Source: Schizochytrium sp. TIO01
Lineage: Eukaryota; Protista; Bigyra: Labyrinthulomycetes
DNA: 64,000 nucleotides
NCBI GenBank assembly: GCA_004764695.1
Contig: SMSO01000031.1
Location: 720,436-784,435, forward strand
Direction: 5' to 3'
Every line of letters starts with the position of its first letter. Within the stretch, counting starts at the first letter, position 1. This document shows positions 1 through 13,000 of the stretch, piece after piece. The notes under the pieces are model-generated. The model was given only the letters and a program-made list of their open reading frames with translations. It was not told the DNA's origin and did not search any database. Both the position numbers and the translations under genes were made by a program.

Positions 1-1112
1 CTTCTTGGCTACAGAGCTAAGTGGCCTGATACATGCCGTTAGGGAACAACCTTGCGAAAAGGACTGAGATATTGCATGCTTCCATATAAGCAGCCAGCAT
101 ACTCAGACTATTCTCATAAATGTCAGCGTAAAGCGAAGAGGAGCAGAAGCATCCCCAACAAAAGAGTTGGATAGTTAAGAATCTAAATGTTTTACAAATC
201 AGATTAGATATATATTTAAGTTTGAAATGTAGTCGAGGTGCTTCCAAAGTGTCCCGTGGCTAATGCATTTCAGAACCTTTGTAGCGCTGTCAACACATGA
301 TCTCATGTCTTCGGTAAGGAGTTGTCTCCAGAATTCTCACAAACATATTTGGTCTCATGGGTGGGAATTTATCCTCAAAAGCTTGAAGGAACCGCCACTA
401 TATTTAAAGACTCTCACATTGATTTCAAACCTGGAGGGAATTATTCGATTGATCTATTCTCAGAATTTTCTCAGAGCCCGTCAATCAGTAAGAAAAAAAA
501 AACTTTGTACTTTGCAACGCCTCATTTCCTGATCCCTGAAGACACGAAATGAAACAGAAAACAGTGAAATGCCTCTGGCCAGATTGTGAATCTCCAGCAC
601 CAGAAAATGCCAAATCATTTTTTGGCTCTCCTGCATACATTGTCTAAAGGGGCATTCGATAGAAACTTAATATTTGACATATGCTCAGGACCGAAAAAAA
701 AAAAATGGTAACTATACAGCGCTAATATTTATAACTACACGTGTAGGGTCCAATACACCTCAAACTTCATGAATAATTATTTCACTAAAATCAAGGCTCG
801 TCCAAAGTTTTCACAAATTCTCTGCATCGATTTCAGATTATCCTTACTAGCCTCTGGCTTATCTGCACATTCTATCGTAGGATACTCATTGCTATCACAA
901 AACACAAGATCTTAGATGCTGCTGCTCTCTGCTGATTTTGCTTACACATAACGTCTATCTTTTATTGAAAAAGGGTGGGCAGGAGAGAAAATGAGAATCT
1001 TGTTACTAGATGAAGCAAAATGAATGATGATGATGATAAGAAGTAGGGAGAAGAGTGGATGCCAACAAAAGCGTCAAGTCTATTCTCCTTAAAGAAAGAT
1101 AGGAAAAAAGAG

Positions 1113-4100
1113 TTAAAAACCTTGCGATGATGGCGGCTGTTGCTGCTGTGACGACGCTGATGTCGGTTGTTGGTAACCTTGCGAATAGCCACCTTGTGAA
1201 GAATAACCTTGACCTCCTTGTGGTGGTTGGCCTGCATACCCGGTCGCGCCAGGCGCTTGATACATACGGCGTTGATTCACCTGCAGTTGTTGCTGCGAAA
1301 GCTGTTGGGTGTTGGGCCCTGGAGCTTGCTGGGGGTACATAGGACGGGGACCAGGTCTTGGGTAGCTTCCTTGCTGAGGATGGTGTCCATACTGCCCTTG
1401 GTTTTGCGCGTAAGGAGGTCTTGGGCCTTGTGGAGAGCTCGCTTGCGGGTGCATGCCTTGTTGATACCCAGTGGGAGGTGGCGGCGGACCTGTGCCAGCA
1501 CCGTGCGCAGGATAGTTTCCAGGGCCCCTAGAATCTCCATAGTACCCTGCAGGTTTGTTTGCCATGGGCGCCCCGCGTGGTGAGGGCCCAGGACCGCCAG
1601 GGTGACCACCTGCGGGCCCCCGAGGACCTGAATAGTTACCACCCATGGGAGGACGAGCACCTGCGACGCCGTGCATGGATTGGTAATCTACGGGCTGGGC
1701 ACCAAGGCGAGGGTGCGGCTGCCCAGGCTGTCCAGGCTGTCCAGGCATGCGCGGAATGGGCTGAGGACGTGCTGGACGGCGCATTTGAGGATTCATAGGT
1801 GGACGCAGTGACTCGGGTCCGAATCTATAATCCCAAACCTTGACCATCCAATCTTCACAGCCCGTAACGATACGGCCATCAGGAAGAGGCAGTACGCACA
1901 AGATCCAGTCTTCGTGCTTTTGCAGCTTCGTACACCATTTATCCTCCTCCAGGGACTGCAGACGGTCCAGCATGTGCTCGTCAGAGTCGATGCGACGGAC
2001 CTCCACATCGCCATCGCGAATTCCACACACCAAACTCGTAGGGTAACCTTTGACCACCCTCACAGCCAGCGACCAGCATACGCCGACAGGCCAGATAAAA
2101 GTTTCATTTAGCAACACGAGCTTTTCTGCATCCCAGACCCGAATATAACAATCCCAGGATGCGGAGAATACTCTGTTCTCGTGAGACGTGAGTGCCGTAA
2201 TGATACCAAAAGAACGCCGCTCGCGGTCAGACTCTGGTCGTTCCAACTGCTTCTCGTGCTTTAATGGGTCACTGGTAGACCACACCATGAGCTTGCTGTC
2301 GCGTCCACCACTAAACAAGTAAGAATTGCAAATTTCAAGGGCAGTGACCATATCTGTATGCTTATCAAATGTGGAAAGAAGTTCGTACGTGCTTGAGTTC
2401 CACACCTTGATCTTTTTATCTGCGCCACCAGTAAAGATTTTGTTGGCTCGTGCATGTACAGCGATAGCTTTCACAGCTCCTTCGTGAGCCTGAATCTTCT
2501 TATTCTCTCGTTGAGTGTCTTTAGAGTCCATGATCATGCGAATAATGAGATAACCGTCTTCGAGGCCAATAAACAGAACTTTCTCAAGAACAGTAAGAGC
2601 GGTCACTGCATTCGTGCGTTCGCTATCGTCCGTGACCCTACCGCCTTTTGGCTGTTTGCCCTGAGGAACCAAGCTTTGTTGTTGTGAAGGCTGGTTAGGC
2701 AACGGTGAAACGTTTACGGTTCGCTCACATGCCCAAGTACGGCTATTCCAGATTTTGATTTTGCCATCTGCAGACCCACTAAAGACAAAATGACTCACCT
2801 TGATAAGGACATTGATTGGCCCGATGTGTCCTTTTAAATCCTTTACGAGGGTCATTGCCTTCATTCTCCATTCCTTGGTTGATACTACCGCGTCCTTGCA
2901 TTTCTTCGATGCGATCGTTATGGCCATCATCGTTTCATAGTCACAGTATGGCGCGATGCGTACCATATGGTCCTCTATTGTTTGCCCCATACGCTTGCTC
3001 GCGCGGGCGTGGATCTTGGCTGCGTTCCCAGTCAATCCAGAGCTCGCTGCTCGCTTCATGCTGGCCCGGCCACTGTTGCTGCTACTACTGCTGGAGATCT
3101 CTGCCAGAGGTTGTGGCGTGGGCGCCGGTGACGGCGATGCAAATGAGTGCTGCTTATTGATCAGACCCGCAGGAGACGGTGGCACTGCAGCGCTTCCAGG
3201 CGTCGTAGGGCTCAGCAATGGTCCTCCAGTAGACCCCGGAGTTGCAGTTGGGTTTGCGGCACTAGGTGTTGAGGAATTCAAGCCTCCATCCGCAGCTGAG
3301 GATGACGACGACAAGTTGTTGTTCATATTATTGTTGTTGTTGACATTGTTGCCGCTGCTGTTCGGATTCGAGTTTTGCCTGCTGTTGTGAGGTCCTGCCT
3401 GATGATAGTTTGATGAACTTTGTGAGTCCTTCATCTCAACATCACCTTGGCCTTGAGAACCACCTGGGCCCGAGTTGGCTTGGGAGCTTGCATCGTTGCC
3501 TAAGGATGACGGTCCTGATGAGGTTGAGGACGTGCCCGCGCCCTGCTGCTGCTGTGGCGCGGAAGTGTTGTGACCTCCTGCCGCAGAGCCTGTCTGAGCG
3601 TTCGATCTAGGCCCAGACCCACCAGGCCCTCCTGACGCAACGGACGAAGCGTTTGCAGACTGATCAGGTGCGGCCACCGGAGCTCCAGGGTCTCCTCCAC
3701 CTGGACGGGAGGACCCCCCCGTGGAATTATTAGCGCTTGGACCATGGGGACCTGCAGAAGAGTTTGTGTTGTTTGTTGCGAGATGCCGATGGTTTTCGCC
3801 ATTACTGCCACCGTCAATGCCATTGTTGCCAGCACCATCTGCGGACGTCGAGGTGGATGAGCTGTTCAAATTGGCGGTATTGTTTTGATTATTGCCGTTC
3901 GAGGTTGATGAAGAGTTCATGTTGTTGCTGTTGTTGTTGCTGCCGGAGGAGCTTGGTCCGTCTAATGAGCCTGGGTCCAGATTGTCGGAACTGACCATTG
4001 GAATATCTCCAAAGTCCATCAAAGCTGAGCTCATTGACATTGTAGACGATGTACTATGCAACGGTGCAGGCGAAGCGGCTAAGGGTGAAGTCATATCATG

Positions 4101-4202
4101 ATTCAGATCACCGCTGCCCCCGAAATCATCTGTAGACATGCCGGGCCCGTCAAGAAGGTTTGAGTCTGTGAGGGCCGCGCCTTGATCACTACCGTCGGCC
4201 AT
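1113..4202 (-). CDS. WD40-repeat protein with a probable F-box and long low-complexity N-terminal (S/N/G) and C-terminal (P/Q/G/Y) tails
   Basis: 1029-aa ORF with GH...WD-type repeats (GHIGPINVL..SGSADGKIKIWN, AHEGAVKAI..TGGADKKIKVWN, SGGRDSKLMVWS, SASWDCYIRVWD, TGCEDWMVKVWD). An F-box-like segment IEDHMVRIAPYCDYETMMAITIASKKCKDAVVSTKEW (~2870-2985) lies just before the propeller. Confidence 0.85.
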   Translation of the reverse strand: MADGSDQGAALTDSNLLDGPGMSTDDFGGSGDLNHDMTSPLAASPAPLHSTSSTMSMSSALMDFGDIPMVSSDNLDPGSLDGPSSSGSNNNSNNMNSSSTSNGNNQNNTANLNSSSTSTSADGAGNNGIDGGSNGENHRHLATNNTNSSAGPHGPSANNSTGGSSRPGGGDPGAPVAAPDQSANASSVASGGPGGSGPRSNAQTGSAAGGHNTSAPQQQQGAGTSSTSSGPSSLGNDASSQANSGPGGSQGQGDVEMKDSQSSSNYHQAGPHNSRQNSNPNSSGNNVNNNNNMNNNLSSSSSAADGGLNSSTPSAANPTATPGSTGGPLLSPTTPGSAAVPPSPAGLINKQHSFASPSPAPTPQPLAEISSSSSSNSGRASMKRAASSGLTGNAAKIHARASKRMGQTIEDHMVRIAPYCDYETMMAITIASKKCKDAVVSTKEWRMKAMTLVKDLKGHIGPINVLIKVSHFVFSGSADGKIKIWNSRTWACERTVNVSPLPNQPSQQQSLVPQGKQPKGGRVTDDSERTNAVTALTVLEKVLFIGLEDGYLIIRMIMDSKDTQRENKKIQAHEGAVKAIAVHARANKIFTGGADKKIKVWNSSTYELLSTFDKHTDMVTALEICNSYLFSGGRDSKLMVWSTSDPLKHEKQLERPESDRERRSFGIITALTSHENRVFSASWDCYIRVWDAEKLVLLNETFIWPVGVCWSLAVRVVKGYPTSLVCGIRDGDVEVRRIDSDEHMLDRLQSLEEDKWCTKLQKHEDWILCVLPLPDGRIVTGCEDWMVKVWDYRFGPESLRPPMNPQMRRPARPQPIPRMPGQPGQPGQPHPRLGAQPVDYQSMHGVAGARPPMGGNYSGPRGPAGGHPGGPGPSPRGAPMANKPAGYYGDSRGPGNYPAHGAGTGPPPPPTGYQQGMHPQASSPQGPRPPYAQNQGQYGHHPQQGSYPRPGPRPMYPQQAPGPNTQQLSQQQLQVNQRRMYQAPGATGYAGQPPQGGQGYSSQGGYSQGYQQPTSASSQQQQPPSSQGF

Positions 4203-5340
4203 GTTTGCTTGCTTTTGCGTGTGCTTTTGCCTTTGCTTGAACTTTAGCGTATGCTTGAGCTTGCTCAGCGATTGATAGATTAATCGATAAATGGGTTTAA
4301 AGAGTCAGAATATCTCTGTTGAATCAAACAAATATAGGTCACAAACAGTTTTCGTTTCGCAAGTTTGCAAAGTTAGTTAGTGTGCGTTCAGCAAGATACG
4401 CTTCAGAGCCCTGGTCATGCATACATATCCCGTCTCCGCCGCCAAATTAATAAAACCGAAACACCCAAAGAAGAGCCTCTAAGCGTTGAAGTATTAAACA
4501 CAAACCAAAACTTAAAGAAATAAAAAGATACACGAAAATTCAATCTTGCTGTGTTGTCAAGATTCTTTCGATAGTTCAACAGTTCGTGCAAGAAACAAGC
4601 CCTGGCCTGAATTTGCGGCCTTCCTTCTACTCACCACCCCAGGTGCAAAGACCTGCCTCCAATCACTTCGCAATAGAACCCTGGTTTTATGAGGCAATTT
4701 CTTCGCTTTCTATATGAGCAATTTGAACACACAAATTGTGAAGGCAAAAAAATAGTACTACTTACCGATCAAAAAGGACGACAAGGATGCCTGCGAGCGG
4801 GCGCACGACGAGCTGCGACTGCAGGAAGATGTGACGTGAGTAGACCTTTCAGATATTAATCCGTGTCCGCGTCCGCCAGGTCAATGGCGCGAGCACAGCG
4901 CCACGCTCAGAAGCGGAGGCGCCAACGAATCGAAAAGGCCTCTGAAAAGGAGTAGCTTGAGGCGGATCTGTCCGCAGTCAGGCGCCCTCCGGGCTGCCTC
5001 GGGCCTCGCGGGAGCCCTTCACCAGTCCTTCTCAGTCTTTCCGCAAGCCCAAGTCCCCAAGAGCTGCGCGGGCGTGCCTGGGTACCGTCTGAACGGAGCT
5101 TGAGTAGATTAATATGGCCAAGCTGCGCGATGAACGAGCGAAGGCAAATCGAATGGAATGAACAATATGGACAACAGCCAACCCGAGGCGCGGGGCCGAC
5201 CGGCGGCGTCTAGGCGGCGCTCGCACGCTCCGAAGCGGCTCGGACTCGCAGCACCTCCTCCGCCTCCACCGCCGCGACGGGCTCTTCTCTATCTAGAGGC
5301 GCCGCCGAGCTCTCGTGCGCTCTGCTCTCTCTACCGACAG

Positions 5341-5405
5341 CAACAAAGAAACAAACAAACAAACAAACAAACAAACAAACAAAGAGATTAATTAATCAAC
5401 AAACA
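5341..5405. repeat. (AAAC)n microsatellite
   Basis: Run of acaaacaaac seen directly. Confidence 0.9.
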
Positions 5406-5751
5406 AAAGGGGCAAAGCAGAGAGAAACAGAGGGAAGACGGGAAACGCTATAGCCCACTTGTGCCTCCTATACCCCACTGTGCGCCCCCCTCTTGCAAGC
5501 GCCTTAAACTCCCTCCACACTAGAGTATTCCTCGCCGTAAGTGGAGTATAACCACGCGAGGGCGGATCGCCTCCTCGAAAGAGAGGGAGAAAAAAGGCGC
5601 GGCGGAGAACGGAACGCAGGCGGCCAATATGGGCGGGAAGAGAACGGCAGGCGGCAAAAGGGGCGAGCACCGGGAGATGGAATGGGCAAATTAGAGAATG
5701 CAAAGGAAAAGTAAATGGATACCTAAGAAAAGCAACTTCAACCTCAAAGAA

Positions 5752-5811
5752 GAAATGAAAATGAAAATGAAAATGAAACAAACAAACAAACAAACAAACA
5801 AACAAACAAAG

Positions 5812-5884
<73 letters not shown>

Positions 5885-5910
5885 GAGAGAGAGAGAGAGA
5901 GAGAGAGAAA
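5752..5910. repeat. Compound microsatellite (AAAATG)n-(AAAC)n-(AAAGAAAGAAAC)n-(AG)n
   Basis: Seen directly in the sequence. Confidence 0.9.
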
Positions 5911-7039
5911 ACTGGAGACCAAGACCTCGAGCACCACAACCGAGCAGCGGAGCAGACCCACGCAGCGGAGGGCGGGCCGCGGAGAGAGCAGGAAGGCCTC
6001 GAGCAGAGGCCTCCTTCGGCCTGGGCTGTGCCCTGGGGCGCCCCGCGGGCCGAGCGCGGGCGGCCTGTGAGCGCAGACGCGGCGGCTGTCTGATTGTCTG
6101 TCTCTTCTTCTCTCTCTTTCGCCCTTTCTTTCTCTTTAAAGTTATATGGAATTTTAGCAGAAAAAAGAATTGAAAATATGGTGAACGAATGATCTTTTTA
6201 ACCTTTCTTTGTCAAGAACAAAGAAAGAAATTAAGAGACGAGAAGATTTGTGAATGTAAAATAGATAGATATTCTGCTCGGGTGCCAATACCTGTGGAAA
6301 TACCCGCCCAAGCCGCCGCTCAAGCTCGCGCTGAGGCCAGAGGCTCTGGCCTTCACCAGGCTGCCTTCGGCCTCGATTTCGAGAGCATCGCGCGAGCTTG
6401 AGCTCGAAATCCACCCTCGAGAAGTGCCACGATTTGCATACATTCCTAGTCCTAATTTTTCTCTTTCGCTCATCTCATAACCGCGGGTGCTACAGTTTCC
6501 GCTGAGCGCACGCTAAGAGCGGGAAGAGGCGCTATTTTTTCCCTTCGCGCCTCCGCGCTAATAAACCCATAGCGACAGTTAGCGAAAAGGCGAACTCACT
6601 CATCCTCTTTAGTGTACTTTCTCTTCAGATTGATTTGCTTTCGAAGCTCTTTTGTTTATCATAGATAGCAGAAATGAGCAATTTAAATGAGCAATTTCGA
6701 GACTGATGGAGATAATAATATAACACTTTCTTCACTTATCTGTCTATCGAATGATGTTAATTGACGGCGACGACTCCGGAAAGAAATGTATTCCTTCGCT
6801 TTCTTCGATCGCAGAGCAGGCCAAGACGAGCCTGCGCGGGCCTCTGCTGCGGACGACGTGAGGGCGTGGCTGCGGCGCCTCCTCGATGGCCGCCAGGTCC
6901 TCCCTCGCGAGGGCCACGCAGCTCCAGAGCAGTGATTCGAGGAGAAGAAAGAAAGCACCTGCTGCTTCGGTTGGTTTTTTCCCAGCGATTTTGATTGACA
7001 GTTTTATTGATTGATCAGTCAATTGAAAAGGCCCAATCA

Positions 7040-7195
7040 TATCTATCTATTATCTCTATAGATTCATCTATCCATCGATCGATCTATGTATTTATCTATC
7101 TGTCTAATATACAGATATCATATGATCTATCTATCTATGTATCTATGTAACTATGTATCTATGTATCTATTCATCTAGCTATCTATCTGTCTATG
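7040..7195. repeat. Degenerate (TATC/TATG)n microsatellite
   Basis: Repeated ctat/tatc/tatg units. Confidence 0.8.
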
Positions 7196-9293
7196 GATGC
7201 TTCTAAGTATTCTCTTTCTATTCGTTTTCGCTTTTTAATTAGAATAAAAATAAAGGTATACCATCGTGGCGGTGTTTTAGAAATTAAGAGCGCCTAGATG
7301 AGCGCTGCCCGCCTGTGCTAGCAAAAACCTGGGCACTTGGAACACCTTGCGGCTCTATGAGCCCGGATCATGGACGACTGGAGTTCATGGTTTCGTGGAG
7401 TGTGTGTATTCGTCTCCTTTCGTGATGTGATCATATCGTTTGGGTGGTTTTATCGATCTACTTCTTTTGTTGATTTTATTTCTTTCTTCTCCGCGCCATA
7501 AAATGGGCTATTATTCCCGGTTAGGTTTGGGTGGCTGCTACCCATACTTTTGCTCTACCTATTTAAAGGTCTAAAAGTAGGCGGCCGTATCGCTGCGCAT
7601 CCGGTTAGGTTAGAAGCAAGGATTTTTTTTTTTTCGCCATTCTTTATCTTCTCTGCAGCATGCAATTTTGCAATTTGCAAGACAGGAAACAGGACAGCCA
7701 TCAATTGAAGTTGGAGACCATTTCAAAGGAGGACGATGCGCTGGGATAGGCTGAAAATTATAACGTTTCCTTGTATTGCCTTAAGGTATCTCAGCTGTGC
7801 ACCACTTCGGACAAAGTAAGGCTGGGAAGAGGAAAGTTTCTTTTCTTTTCTTTTCTTTATCAAAATAAAAAGCATATAGAATTTTTTTTTTTAAGTAGCG
7901 AAACGGTAAGTACTATGTCAAAAAAACTGACGAACAGAACTATGAACAGAAGTCGAAACTACTCGCTTGCTGTAGCAGGATGACCCTTGAGGTGAAACAA
8001 TCCTGATGCACTCCTGCACTTTTATAAAGCAAGCTGAACGCAGCAAGCGCAGCATGAGCATGTCTGTGGCAGCAGTTATCCTTGTTTTGTATTGTCTTTT
8101 TGTAAATCATAGAAGAAATGAAAATACATTAATTTATTTTTATTTTTTATCTCTTTCTGTTTTTTACTTCAAAGTTATATGATTCGTTCATAGGTAAGAG
8201 TGTGCACAAGTACATGTAATGAATTGCGCAAAGTGCAAAATACGACCCAGATTATTGTGTCAATGCAATATATAGTACATAGTACATTTGGAATTGGCTC
8301 TATGAACCACACAGTTCTTTTCTGAATTGCGTTTGCTTTGTATGGTTTTGCTTGCTTGCTTGTTTTATTCAAAATTTTGTTCATCGTTATGCCTATGCAA
8401 GTTGATTTGCCATTGTTTTTTTGTCTGACATGACGTCATCAAGTTACCGGTAATCTCGGATAATGTGGGGATCATCTCATGGAACTGGGTCGGATTTTTA
8501 AGTTGTAAGAACGTAAAATGCGGATTTGAAACTATGTCAATGTTCCACGAAGACTAGCGACTGAGCGTAGCGACTCTCCTCGAGATGCAAAATCATGGCT
8601 TCGCAATGGATAACAGCCTTATTTAGAACATCCAATCAGACTAAGCTCCAATTGGCAAAGAATTGAATTTGAGAAAATTTCTAACAATGGCATTTCTAGT
8701 TCTGTGAAGAAGCTTTCATTATTAAAAGTTTTATTTTACAAATAGCAGAACTTCATCTATGGCTGGCTGAAATAATCTACATTCGCGATGGCCATGACCA
8801 TTTTTATGTATATGCACCACCTTTATTCTGATATGGGACGTAGTAGACCAGGGCCTGTATTACATCAATGCACAAGCCTGCGCCAGAGCGAGGAGGTGAT
8901 TAATATGCACGCACAAAAACATGCATCTGCAGTAATAATGACAATAACCACGTCTGGCATAAGTACTACAACTCCAACATCGATAGTAACACCAACAAGA
9001 AGGAGATCATAAGGGAATGACAAGATAAAACAAAAGAGAGTTAGAACTGACCAAGAAATCATCAGTTTCATCAGTGGAATATCAAATCAATTTCAAGCAT
9101 GAGTATAACAGAAAAAATGGCGATAACTGCGTCGAAAGAACGCACACAAAGCTTAACACACAACAGCGCAAAAAGGAAGCGAGAGCAAAAAGGGAGGAGT
9201 AAGTGAAAGAGGCCCGCTAGGCCTGATGCAAATGTTCATCTGATATTATCTTTTCTTTTCTTTTTTCTTTTTTTCTCGTCATTTCTTGTTGTT

Positions 9294-10877
9294 TTATTCA
9301 TCGTCACCAGCATCGTCCCCAAGGTCCCTTGATGATGATGATGAGACAGCGCCGGCATCATCCTCAATCTCAAAGCCATAGCGCTTTGAATAGTACTCGC
9401 CTTCAGCCTTCATCTTCTTGTCGACCTTGCTTGCAAACACCTCCTCGTTGGTGAGGATGCGGTTGATGATCTCTTGCACAGAGAGGTCCGACTCAGAGTT
9501 AATGGTCTGAAGGATGCCAAGCTCTTTCGGGATCTTGTACGCGGACGAGGTCTCCACAACATCGTACGGGTGGTCGCTCACGGTGCCGCGGGCAACGACG
9601 TCAATGCGGAGCGAAGCGATCATCTCACGGGTAATGTGCCATGGGGCATCAATGAGCACATCACTGACGTAACGGCAACCAAGTACACTCAAGAGACGCT
9701 CATTGAGGTTCATGATCGGGTAGTTCTTGCCACGACGTTCGTTCACAACCTTGTCTCCGTGAACACCCACGATGAGGTAGTCACCAAGCTCCCGAGCCAT
9801 CTGCAGGGTCTTAACATGGCCCATGTGGAACATATCCCAGGCACCATCAATGTAGACAACCTTGGCGCCAGGAGGAGGGTCGCGGGTACCAGCAGAGAAG
9901 ATGCGTAGCATGCGAGAGGTAGTAAGAAAGCGGGAAGGGCGGAAAAATCCGCTGCTGTTTGAGGCGTCAGCCAGGGAACCCTCAGAGTGTACACTAGACA
10001 TGGAGTTGCTCCGCTTGCGTTCCCGAGAAACAAGATCCGGTCGCTCGGTGTGGCCCTTGTCGTGATGGTCACGCGAGGTGTACAGCATACGACCAACAAT
10101 ATCAGTGGTAGACACACCCTCCGTGCGCGGAATGCTACGGTAAATGCCGCGCTTTTTGGCATCCTCGTACACGTCCTTGCCATCCACAATGCACGGGTCG
10201 TCACCGTGAACAACGTAGTCAATCTGGTACTTTTCAATGACCATGTTCAGGTATTCTGGGGTCATGATGTAGGGTGCGCCGGGAACAATTTCGTCAACCC
10301 ACTTGCATCCAGCCACGGCAGCACTGCGCTCCTCATCGTTCATGACAGGTGCAGTACCCTTGCACTCCTTGATACTGGCGTCGCTGTTGATGCCAACCAC
10401 AAGATAGGTACCGAGGGAACGACCCTGGCGGAAAGCGTTCATATGACCGTAGTGCATCATATCAAAGGCGCCGTCCATCCAAACGCGAATCGGGCGCTCG
10501 TTCTCGTCAAATTCATCCTCAGAATCCAAATCATCGATTTGGCGCTCAAGTTCAGCCACCTTACGCTCCGCCTCAGCGAGCTTGGTGGCCAACACAGAGC
10601 GCTTGCGCTCGTGGCGCTTGCCAAAGAACACATAGTACAGTACCAGGGTGAGGATCATGATACTCACGGTGGCCAAGAGCTGCTCCTCAGAAGGGTACGG
10701 CTCCGCATAGCCTCCAGCACGCATGAGCCTGTGAAGGCCCACCTTGAAGGTTCTCATCGGTCCAGACTGCTTCACAGCCTCGTAAACAGGTTCCACGCTG
10801 CGAGTGTCTACAACATCCTTGATCAGCTCCTTGCCAGCTTTCACGGTCGCACCCACGCTTGCAGAAGCTCCCGCCAT
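9294..10877 (-). CDS. PCYT2: Ethanolamine-phosphate cytidylyltransferase (two cytidylyltransferase domains, N-terminal TM helix)
   Basis: VWMDGAFDMMHYGH and VYIDGAWDMFHMGH (HxGH motifs), RTEGVSTTDIVGRML, and YPIMNLNERLLSVLGCRYV. The likely start is MAGASAS at 10877; the ORF track extends to 10922. Confidence 0.93.
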   Translation of the reverse strand: MAGASASVGATVKAGKELIKDVVDTRSVEPVYEAVKQSGPMRTFKVGLHRLMRAGGYAEPYPSEEQLLATVSIMILTLVLYYVFFGKRHERKRSVLATKLAEAERKVAELERQIDDLDSEDEFDENERPIRVWMDGAFDMMHYGHMNAFRQGRSLGTYLVVGINSDASIKECKGTAPVMNDEERSAAVAGCKWVDEIVPGAPYIMTPEYLNMVIEKYQIDYVVHGDDPCIVDGKDVYEDAKKRGIYRSIPRTEGVSTTDIVGRMLYTSRDHHDKGHTERPDLVSRERKRSNSMSSVHSEGSLADASNSSGFFRPSRFLTTSRMLRIFSAGTRDPPPGAKVVYIDGAWDMFHMGHVKTLQMARELGDYLIVGVHGDKVVNERRGKNYPIMNLNERLLSVLGCRYVSDVLIDAPWHITREMIASLRIDVVARGTVSDHPYDVVETSSAYKIPKELGILQTINSESDLSVQEIINRILTNEEVFASKVDKKMKAEGEYYSKRYGFEIEDDAGAVSSSSSRDLGDDAGDDE

Positions 10878-12339
10878 TGTGCAGAACAAAATCTCAAATG
10901 AATCCAATCCAATGCAATGCAATGCAGTCTAATCCAGCTTTGTCTAATTTAAGAAATCCACAGAGCACAGCCAGTCCCGAAAGCAGTGTTTGCTGACTCC
11001 AAAGGTTGCACGTAGAGTCAGATCTCGTTTGGATATGATATTGTGAACGTATGTTTAGTGTCAATTAGACAGTGATGCCGCGATTCGCACGCCGATGCGC
11101 CGGCGAAGCAGGTGCTTGCGGGTAGTTAGCCGGGCCCTCAAGACGTCGGCCTAATCGTAGGCTCTCTCCCTCGCGCGGGGAAGCCTTCCCAGGCTCTCCG
11201 AAGCTCGCGCAGTCGCCTCCAGAGCGCGCAAACTAGGACTGCCGCGCAAGATCGCTGAGTCCATCCTCGTCCAAGAAGAAAGAAAAGAAGAATCATAAGA
11301 AAATAGCTGGCCTCTGGAGCATGCTAAAATCTGAGTACTAATACACATACCTCCTGGCACAGTAAGTATGTGTAAAAGTATGCTAAGTGGGCATTGTGTA
11401 CACCGGTCCGGTGCTGCCTCCTTGGGCGAGGCCTCAGTTTGCACAGGCGCTACCGGGGTGCTTGTGGGCCTCAAGGGAGTTTAATGGGAGGCCAGTGAGG
11501 GTTTTCGTGGAGCTTGTGCGAGTATTTTATGGCCGGAGAGGCACTTTTGGCGCAGGGCCACAAGTTTCTGAGAAAAGGATTCCAAGGCGACAGGGTTGGT
11601 GCGGATATTCAAGACCAGGAGCCATCCTTGGGAAAATGAAGAACGTCGCGAATTTTGTACCACAAGTTCTTCTTTTTCTTCAAGAAGAAGAAGGAAATCA
11701 AGAAAGCTGCTACTCCACCCTCCATCAGCGCCACGCTTCACAAATGAATCGGGTCGTGGGCGGCCGAAGCCTGGCACAGGAGATCCTAGCGTAGAACTTG
11801 AGAGACTACTTGCGAGCAGAAAGGCTTGTACCTACCTACCAGGTACCTGCGTGAACAAGAGCGGTTTTGGTGAAAGTCGGGTAGGTACAGCATCGCAGTA
11901 GTAGCTGGTTAGGAGTAACCCTATGGCAGATGCAAGGACGGCGACCTCGACTTGGACATTGATATGAAGAAGTACTGCGCCTTGTGGGTGAAATTACTGG
12001 CGGATAAGCTCAGGAATAAACTGAATTGAAGTCAGAAAGACTGTGACCCTGCCTTTGGATACGACCAGACAAAAACAAAACAAATTAAAAAAGACTAAGC
12101 GAAGAATTACACGGGCCGCGGCACGAAGAAGCCTAACGTCGAGTAGTGAAACCTCGTGAAAGGTTGGAAAGTCTCTGCCCAGCATGAGTTTTGCAAGCTA
12201 CGTGTGTTGTATAGATGGCGATACCTTAAAACTTTAATATTCTTGGTATGTAAACAGGTACCTAATGCCTTTGAGCGAGCTGAAGTGCACCACATCGTTA
12301 AGATTTTGAGCAAGATCGCTACGATTTGCAATTGAGAAG

Positions 12340-13000
12340 GGTTGTACTATTGTCTAAATCCCTTCTACGATTGGCAACACCAAATACAACACGAGTACAA
12401 GCACAGTATAGGCCAGCTGGCTGTTGAGTCTCTGGAATTGATCAGTCCTATCAAGAAGCTAAATGTAGATTGGAAAGGTGAAACGATCATAAAAATCTGG
12501 AAAACCTCAGGTCATTCCTTCTCATATCGCGAGCAACTAAAACAATTTAGGTGTCTGAAGAAATCTGCTAAACATCTAGAGCTCTTCAAGTATAGTGTCA
12601 CAATGCACGAAGGCATGGTAGCGGCGCTTCGGAGATTGCGATATTCTTGGCTAGCTATACAGTTTCATGGTCCAGGACTTGACGAGAAGAAGTCTTATGG
12701 TATTACGAGCAGTCTTCCGAAGTTTCTGTGCATGTGCCAGGCCTTCGTATAAAAACCGCTATTGCGAATACAACCGCTACTCAACAACAAGACGGGTCAA
12801 GCAAACATTGCGGACGCTACAGATCTTACACTCTGACGGAGCAATTTCTGCGCAATCTAGTGACACATTCGCCAACTTCGAAATTCCGCAGTGGTGTATA
12901 TATGAACATGAACATACATTACGCTTCGCAAAAAAAGCAGCTCTGTCATTCCTCCTTGTGAACTTGATATATTTAGCTAGTAGTTCAATGTTGCAAGAGT
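12340..13000 (+). pseudogene. Possible highly decayed Fanzor/TnpB-like nuclease remnant
   Basis: Broken frames give QHEYKHSIG, FSYREQLKQFRCLKK, FHGPG..PKF, CEYN and SSDTFANFEI. Their order loosely resembles the Fanzor/TnpB RuvC region, and the segment sits next to an IS607-type recombinase relic. Weak. Confidence 0.25.

Noticed and set aside
5392-6093. ORFs of 189 aa (minus) and 131 aa (plus)
   Set aside because: Open frames created by microsatellites; low-complexity translations.
9474-10901. Plus-strand ORFs of 144 and 304 aa
   Set aside because: Antisense shadows of PCYT2.
11820-11890. Recurrent tacctacctacc/gtaggtac motif as possible element termini
   Set aside because: Low-complexity motif scattered through several intergenic regions; no paired TIR or TSD identified.
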